From: Euprymna scolopes
Taxonomy: Eukaryota
Assembly (NCBI GenBank): GCA_053919585.1
Contig: CM132797.1
Length of the DNA stretch: 64,000 bases
Reading direction: 5' to 3' (one strand)
Below the pieces are notes generated by a model, which saw only the letters and a list, made by a program, of their open reading frames with translations, ran no database searches and was not told the origin of the DNA. Of this stretch, positions 63,946 through 64,000 are shown piece by piece; position 1 is the stretch's first letter, and every line of letters begins with the position of its first letter. Both the position numbers and the translations under genes were made by a program.

Positions 63946-64000
63946 ATGCTGCACTTCTATTTCTGGTTCTCTTTCGGTGGAGGAGAAATCCTTCACGACT

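Noticed and set aside
63902-64000. Functional U2 snRNA gene
   Set aside because: Similarity stops after about 45 nt, stem I is decayed, and there is no Sm site or 3' domain.

Overview
AT-rich animal genomic DNA with scaffold N-gaps. The repeat landscape suggests a coleoid cephalopod (octopus-like); this is inference. One host gene lies on the minus strand: a Slowpoke-binding protein (Slob)/PXK-like pseudokinase. I assembled 9 phase-compatible GT-AG exons by hand (44649-44713, 36233-36348, 24362-24439, 22109-22260, 12748-12858, 11742-11837, 10124-10209, 1776-1885, 1-88). The gene runs off the left edge and its start exon was not found. The introns hold decayed CR1/L2-type LINEs, R4/Dong-type fragments, Penelope-like remnants, mariner/Tc1/pogo DNA transposons, foldback palindromes, microsatellites and a very homogeneous 9.1-kb array of a 50-bp unit. 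A GC-rich, 5'-truncated Tx1-clade LINE sits at the right end. The most notable signals are: (i) six hammerhead-ribozyme motifs of several architectures (five with complete folds, one lacking stem I); (ii) retroelement 3' ends alternating with U2 snRNA fragments, where the U2 branch-point-recognition sequence is followed by its own complement; (iii) an exon that adds a predicted transmembrane anchor to the Slob-like protein; (iv) a satellite that appears to start at a retroelement tail and shows kb-scale higher-order structure.
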